The position numbers and the translations under genes were made by a program. Shown piece after piece: positions 8,172 to 13,103 of a stretch of DNA of 13,103 nt; the first letter of the stretch is position 1; each line of letters opens with the position of its first letter. This DNA is from Promethearchaeota archaeon (GTDB lineage Archaea; Asgardarchaeota; Lokiarchaeia; Sigyniarchaeales; SOKP01): assembly GCA_016926735.1 (NCBI GenBank), contig JAFGOA010000027.1, positions 1 through 13,103 on the forward strand, written 5' to 3'. The notes under the pieces are model-generated. The model did no database searches. It was given only the letters and a program-made list of their open reading frames with translations, and was not told where the DNA came from.

Positions 8172-8678
8172 ATGGGAATCACTGGTACTTTAATAAATTA
8201 TTATTTTCATTGCAGACGACAGTGTTGGCTTTTTGGGAATAGAATTAATTTGGAAGATAACAGCGAAGAAGTTCGGATTGGAAGAGTGTTGCATGAATTG
8301 AAGAATGAAGAAAAGGAGAATAGAGAAATTAGTATCGATAATATAAAAATCGATAGAATAACCGAAGATTATTTAATAGAGATCAAAAAATCTGATGCAG
8401 ACATAGAAGCAACTAAATGGCAGGTGCTTTTGTACTTAAAGAAATTAAAGGATAAAGGAATTGACAAACGGGGAAAAATTGAATTCATTGAAAAAAATAA
8501 GCAAGATAAAAAAATACATTATATCGAATTAACTGTTGAATACGAAAATGAATTAATAGCGCTAAGCAATAAAATTAATAATTTATTGGCTACAGAATGT
8601 CCTCCTCCATTAATACAACAGATAAAAATTTCCCTTAAATGCAAAAAATGTGCTTACTACAATTATTGCTACATTTAA
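8172..8678 (+). CDS. cas4: Cas4 (RecB-like nuclease with Fe-S cluster cysteines), 168 aa
   Basis: GTLINYYFHCRRQCWL, GRVLHE, KID...EIKKS, QVLLYL and C-terminal CKKCAYYNYC. Confidence 0.97.
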   Translation: MGITGTLINYYFHCRRQCWLFGNRINLEDNSEEVRIGRVLHELKNEEKENREISIDNIKIDRITEDYLIEIKKSDADIEATKWQVLLYLKKLKDKGIDKRGKIEFIEKNKQDKKIHYIELTVEYENELIALSNKINNLLATECPPPLIQQIKISLKCKKCAYYNYCYI

Positions 8679-8696
8679 TATTAGAGGTGAGAAATA

Positions 8697-9701
8697 TTGG
8701 AAGTAAAACATACCAGATACATTACTTCTATGGGTTCCCTAAAAAGAAAAGATAATTCTATTGTATTTAAAAATCAAAAAGGAAATACTTATTTACCTAT
8801 TGAGGGAATAAGAGAGTTATTCTGTCTTAGTGAAGTCGATTTAAATAGTAAATTTTTGGATTTTATCTCAAAAGCTGGAATTACAATTCATTTTTTTAAC
8901 TATTATGGTTATTATAGCGGAACATTTTATCCAAAAAAACAGTTAGTTAGCGGTAGATTAACAGTGCAACAAGCACAGGCTTACCTGGAAAAAAGAATCA
9001 TTATAGCCCGCGCAATTATAAATGGAATAGTAATAAACATTTATGAAATTCTATATCATTATTATAAACATGATAAAAAACAACTTAAAAATTATTTAGA
9101 TTGGCTAAAAAAGGACGTACCTCGATTAATAGAGAAGGAGAACGACATTAAGCATCTACTTTGGATCGAAGGTTTAATTTGGCAAAATTTTTATGCCAGT
9201 TTTAAGGAATTTCTTCCAGCAAGTTTTCTTTTTAGCAGGAGAGTTAAGCGTCCGCCAGATAATCCTCTAAATGCTTTAATTTCTTTTGGTAATAGTATCT
9301 TATACGCAAAAACAATATCACAAATTTACCAAACTCATTTAAATCAGTCAATAAGTTTTTTGCATGAACCGGGTGAAGGAAGATTTTCTTTAAGTCTGGA
9401 CCTATCAGAATCCTTCAAACCAATTATTGTTTTTAGATCTATTTTTAATTTGTTAAATAATAAAAAATTACAAGTTGATAAACATTTTAATCGGAAATTA
9501 AATTATTGCATATTAAATGATGCAGGAAGAAAAGTATTTGTTGTTGAATTTGAAGATAGAGTAAATAAAGTATTTTTGCATCCTAAATTAAAAAGAAAAA
9601 CTACTTTTTTAAATGCTATAAAACTTGATGGATATAAATTAATTAAATATCTAGTTGAAGGCAAAGAGTTTAGGCCATTTAATTTAAAGGAGATGGTTTA
9701 A
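8697..9701 (+). CDS. cas1: Cas1 integrase (type I-B), 334 aa
   Basis: GSLKRKDNS, HFFNYYGYYSGTFYP, IEG, RVKRPPDNPLNALISFGN, FLHEP, LSLDLSESFKP motifs; TTG start with GAGGTG at 8684..8689. Confidence 0.98.
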   Translation: MEVKHTRYITSMGSLKRKDNSIVFKNQKGNTYLPIEGIRELFCLSEVDLNSKFLDFISKAGITIHFFNYYGYYSGTFYPKKQLVSGRLTVQQAQAYLEKRIIIARAIINGIVINIYEILYHYYKHDKKQLKNYLDWLKKDVPRLIEKENDIKHLLWIEGLIWQNFYASFKEFLPASFLFSRRVKRPPDNPLNALISFGNSILYAKTISQIYQTHLNQSISFLHEPGEGRFSLSLDLSESFKPIIVFRSIFNLLNNKKLQVDKHFNRKLNYCILNDAGRKVFVVEFEDRVNKVFLHPKLKRKTTFLNAIKLDGYKLIKYLVEGKEFRPFNLKEMV

Positions 9702-9702
9702 G

Positions 9703-9990
9703 GTAAAGAAAAAGATCAACTATAATTATATCTTTGTATTTTATGACATAAACGAAAAGAGAGTTAACAAAATCTTTAAAATTTGTAAAAAATATTTAAA
9801 CCATCACCAAAAATCTGTTTTTAGAGGACAGATAAATCCAGCCAATATAATTAAACTTACAGGAGAATTAAGTAAAGCGATTAACCCTAAAGAAGATTTT
9901 ATTTCGATAGTGAAGTTGATTAGTGAAGGGTATTTTACCGAAGAAATATTAGGAACAAATCCTGAAAAAAGTAATTCTATGTTTATCTAA
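9703..9990 (+). CDS. cas2: Cas2, ~95 aa, absent from the ORF track; full-length frame but no ATG/GTG/TTG start (GTA at the expected position)
   Basis: Manual translation from 9703: VKKKINYNYIFVFYDINEKRVNKIFKICKKYLNHHQKSVFRGQINPANIIKLTGELSKAINPKEDFISIVKLISEGYFTEEILGTNPEKSNSMFI*, with the Cas2 YD, KKYL and QxSVF motifs. In-frame upstream stop TAA at 9685..9687; stop TAA at 9988..9990. Confidence 0.92.
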   Translation, partial: VKKKINYNYIFVFYDINEKRVNKIFKICKKYLNHHQKSVFRGQINPANIIKLTGELSKAINPKEDFISIVKLISEGYFTEEILGTNPEKSNSMFI

Positions 9991-10166
9991 TTTTACCAAG
10001 CGTTTTTTTATAAAATATTTCTAAAGCGTTACAAATAAAGGATTAATAAAGAATAAAGCAAGGTGATTTAAAATTGGCATTTTTACTTGGTAAAAAAATC
10101 AAGAGATTATTATATAAAAGGCTTTTTGGATGGTATGTATATTCTAAAAGTATATATTTTTCTGTG
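9991..10166 (+). promoter_or_regulatory. CRISPR leader with a 10-bp inverted repeat
   Basis: AT-rich non-coding segment between cas2 and repeat 1; TTTTACCAAG (9991..10000) and its exact reverse complement CTTGGTAAAA (10086..10095). Confidence 0.88.
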
Positions 10167-12832
10167 GTTGAACCAAAACATAAGATGTATTTAAATGGGT
10201 CATAATGGATATCAGGCGTATACCAGATAGCAGTTGAACCAAAACATAAGATGTATTTAAATCCGAATAAACGCCTGATATCTTCTCGTGACTGTTCGTT
10301 GAACCAAAACATAAGATGTATTTAAATGATATTTCAAAACGATATACTGAAACAGGCTGATTTGTTGAACCAAAACATAAGATGTATTTAAATATAAGAC
10401 CGCCAAATACAAACTTTACTCCATCGGCAGTTGAACCAAAACATAAGATGTATTTAAATTGTTGCCTAAGATAGGGTCTATACCACTGATAGATTTGTTG
10501 AACCAAAACATAAGATGTATTTAAATAGCCGACAAGCTATGAGAAGTATGTATGGCAAAAGAGTTGAACCAAAACATAAGATGTATTTAAATAGCGTTTA
10601 TTCGGTGAACTTACCACCACGATAATAGTTGAACCAAAACATAAGATGTATTTAAATAGGGCATAATCATCAAAGGTATATCCTGCATCAGCGTTGAACC
10701 AAAACATAAGATGTATTTAAATATAGCAAAGCGTTGAGGGATGAGGCAGAGGGATTTAGTTGAACCAAAACATAAGATGTATTTAAATACATCACATCCC
10801 CTTTTTGGGCAAAGACATAGCGAGTTGAACCAAAACATAAGATGTATTTAAATTTATCACCAAACTTGCACTGCTTAAATTGATTTTTTGTTGAACCAAA
10901 ACATAAGATGTATTTAAATTTGTCTGGGATTTCAGGACAGTTATAAAACCGCTTTAGTTGAACCAAAACATAAGATGTATTTAAATTTAGAAAAATTACT
11001 TAAAGATAATAAGGTAAAAGTCGTTGAACCAAAACATAAGATGTATTTAAATTCGGATGCCGCACACTTATGGTATGACAATCAAGGGTTGAACCAAAAC
11101 ATAAGATGTATTTAAATTCCCACATACAGTATGAACCGTCAGTAGCACCATAAGTTGAACCAAAACATAAGATGTATTTAAATAGGGACATGGCGGATAC
11201 GCTGAGGACTCGTGAGAAAGTTGAACCAAAACATAAGATGTATTTAAATAGAGAAGAAACCCCACCTCTCCAATTAGAACCTTTCGTTGAACCAAAACAT
11301 AAGATGTATTTAAATTTATCCATTGGTGTTATTCGATACTTTAATTCTTTAAGTTGAACCAAAACATAAGATGTATTTAAATTTGTCAAAATTGCTCATA
11401 ACTCCGCCGTCATATTTTGTTGAACCAAAACATAAGATGTATTTAAATGGAATATAACAAAGCTAAAAAAAAGGTCAATTTGTGTTGAACCAAAACATAA
11501 GATGTATTTAAATTATTTTTTCGTTTAGGGTATTGACAACTAAATATATGTTGAACCAAAACATAAGATGTATTTAAATAGATTTAGATTACAGATTAAC
11601 GGCGTACCGCTACCAGTTGAACCAAAACATAAGATGTATTTAAATTTGTCAAAATCAGCAGGGTATGTGGTATCTTTTAGCGTTGAACCAAAACATAAGA
11701 TGTATTTAAATCAGATACAAGTGTTTGGTACGAATGGCGGGCAATATGTTGAACCAAAACATAAGATGTATTTAAATAAGAATATTTGATATGGAATGTG
11801 TAAGAAGTGGTCTAGTTGAACCAAAACATAAGATGTATTTAAATGTCGTATTGGCATATAAAGCCCTTAGATACGCTTTTGTTGAACCAAAACATAAGAT
11901 GTATTTAAATTAATTCCCTCCTTATAGTCCCGTATACGGGTTTGCCGTTGAACCAAAACATAAGATGTATTTAAATTAAAAAGGCAGATTGGAAAACAAA
12001 ATATATATTTATGTTGAACCAAAACATAAGATGTATTTAAATTCAATGATTATCTTCAGCCTGCTTCACCTCCTTTAGGTTGAACCAAAACATAAGATGT
12101 ATTTAAATGCGGCGATCCGTCTTTGCCGGTATGTTCGTCCCGGTGTTGAACCAAAACATAAGATGTATTTAAATGTAACTAAGAAAATGTTAATGACCGG
12201 TTACTTTGAGTTGAACCAAAACATAAGATGTATTTAAATCTTATATGCAGAAGATTACTAAAGACTCACTCATGGGTTGAACCAAAACATAAGATGTATT
12301 TAAATTTCGATGGGAACTGGGAACGAGCAAGAAACCGTTATGTTGAACCAAAACATAAGATGTATTTAAATCAACAACTACATCTATATTTATTAACAAC
12401 TTCCTTTGTTGAACCAAAACATAAGATGTATTTAAATTTGTCGGTAATTATATTGCTGCTCACGCTGGTGTTGTTGAACCAAAACATAAGATGTATTTAA
12501 ATTTTATATAGTCCTCTACTTCCTTGGGATTTTCATTAGTTGAACCAAAACATAAGATGTATTTAAATGCATCGGCAAAATGGGTTACCAGACCTTTTAG
12601 GATAGTTGAACCAAAACATAAGATGTATTTAAATATATCAAATATTCCTTGCTTTTCTTGGAAAGGAGAAGTTGAACCAAAACATAAGATGTATTTAAAT
12701 TCTATTAAAGTAGCATTAACGGTTACAGAATTATCAGTTGAACCAAAACATAAGATGTATTTAAATTAACAGGAAAAATAATAATCGTATACCCCGAATG
12801 TCGTTGAACCAAAACATAAGATGTATTTAAAT
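10167..12832 (+). CRISPR. CRISPR array: 41 copies of GTTGAACCAAAACATAAGATGTATTTAAAT, 40 distinct spacers of 35-37 nt
   Basis: Repeats read individually from 10167..10196 to 12803..12832 with no variant seen; short internal stem ACAT-AAG-ATGT; 3' 8-nt handle ATTTAAAT. Orientation from leader position, repeat 3' end and the consistent 5' PAM inferred from spacers 2 and 7. Confidence 0.99.
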
Positions 12833-12863
12833 TTCCAAATTAAGATATTTTTAATGCGAGCGA

Positions 12864-12951
12864 CCATTCACCACTCACCAACTATTAAATTATCTCGTGA
12901 CTTGTATTTTTAATCGGTCGATTGCTCAATTGATGAATTGCTCAATTGAAC
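12864..12951. repeat. Short degenerate tandem repeats (heptamer and octamer) downstream of the array
   Basis: CCATTCA-CCACTCA-CCAACTA at 12864..12884; GATTGCTC-AATTGATG-AATTGCTC-AATTGAAC at 12920..12951 (ATTGCTCAATTGA twice, 16-bp period). Confidence 0.65.
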
Positions 12952-13039
12952 AATCTTACACCTTGCACCTCTGCGCGAGAAATTCTACATAGTCTCACAC
13001 CTTATTATCTGCAAAGTATATAGTCTAATCAAAATTATA

Positions 13040-13101
13040 TTGACTATTATGGAGAAATATAGTAAACTACTACTCAAGTAATTTACTAAATATATAAGGA
13101 G
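13040..13101 (+). promoter_or_regulatory. Sigma70/sigmaA-type promoter with overlapping palindromic operator and SD for the next gene beyond the window
   Basis: TTGACT 13040..13045, 17 nt, TAAACT 13063..13068; inverted repeat TAGTAAACTAC (13060..13070) / GTAATTTACTA (13078..13088), 10/11 complementary; AAGGAG 13096..13101. Confidence 0.6.
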
Positions 13102-13103
13102 TG

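Noticed and set aside
10987-11022. Spacer 13 resembles window positions 11..28 (TTAGAAAAATTA..TAAA, 16/18), possible self-targeting
   Set aside because: Low-complexity AT-rich match that fails beyond 18 nt; 5' flank is TTT rather than TCA.
11927-11946. Minus strand of spacer 27 (GGCAAACCCGTATACGGGAC) resembles part of a c-di-GMP-I riboswitch
   Set aside because: Lacks the GNRA loop and the following GCAAAG and second stem; just a short hairpin.
11977-11990. Spacer 28 start resembles cas3 near 7266 (AAAAAGGCA.ATT)
   Set aside because: Short A-rich match with no extension; expected by chance.
10043-12769. ORF-track ORFs on both strands across the leader and array
   Set aside because: Translations of the repeat (VEPKHKMYLN, FKYILCFGST, LNTSYVLVQ) joined by spacers; not genes.
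12861-12890. Possible degenerate 42nd repeat ending TTAAAT
   Set aside because: Only about 10/30 identity and would need a 28-nt spacer, outside the 35-37 range.
1-13103. CRISPR-associated transposon, reverse transcriptase, tRNA/rRNA or intrinsic terminator
   Set aside because: No tns, integrase or RT motifs, cas3 is intact, no cloverleaf seen, and no GC-rich hairpin with a U-tract found after fic or the array.

Overview
AT-rich bacterial window carrying a complete type I-B CRISPR-Cas locus on the + strand: cas6-cas8-cas7-cas5-cas3-cas4-cas1-cas2, a ~176-bp leader, and an array of 41 identical 30-bp repeats (GTTGAACCAAAACATAAGATGTATTTAAAT) with 40 spacers of 35-37 nt. Upstream lie a class II Fic-domain/wHTH gene and a 650-bp intergenic region. 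Signals the ORF track misses: (i) cas2 is intact but has GTA where its start codon should be; (ii) cas8 holds an internal SD+ATG for a hidden Cas11; (iii) spacers 2 and 7 overlap on opposite strands and both imply a 5'-TCA PAM, with a seed mismatch suggestive of escape followed by primed acquisition; (iv) the pre-cas6 region holds two degenerate repeat-like units, an extended -10 and an SD-preceded 85-codon frame starting with ATA, a candidate but unproven CreTA/CreR-like module; (v) spacer 20 carries a complete antisense sigma70-type promoter. The core system is a known type; novelty, if any, lies in these accessory details. All ORF-track ORFs over the array are artefacts.
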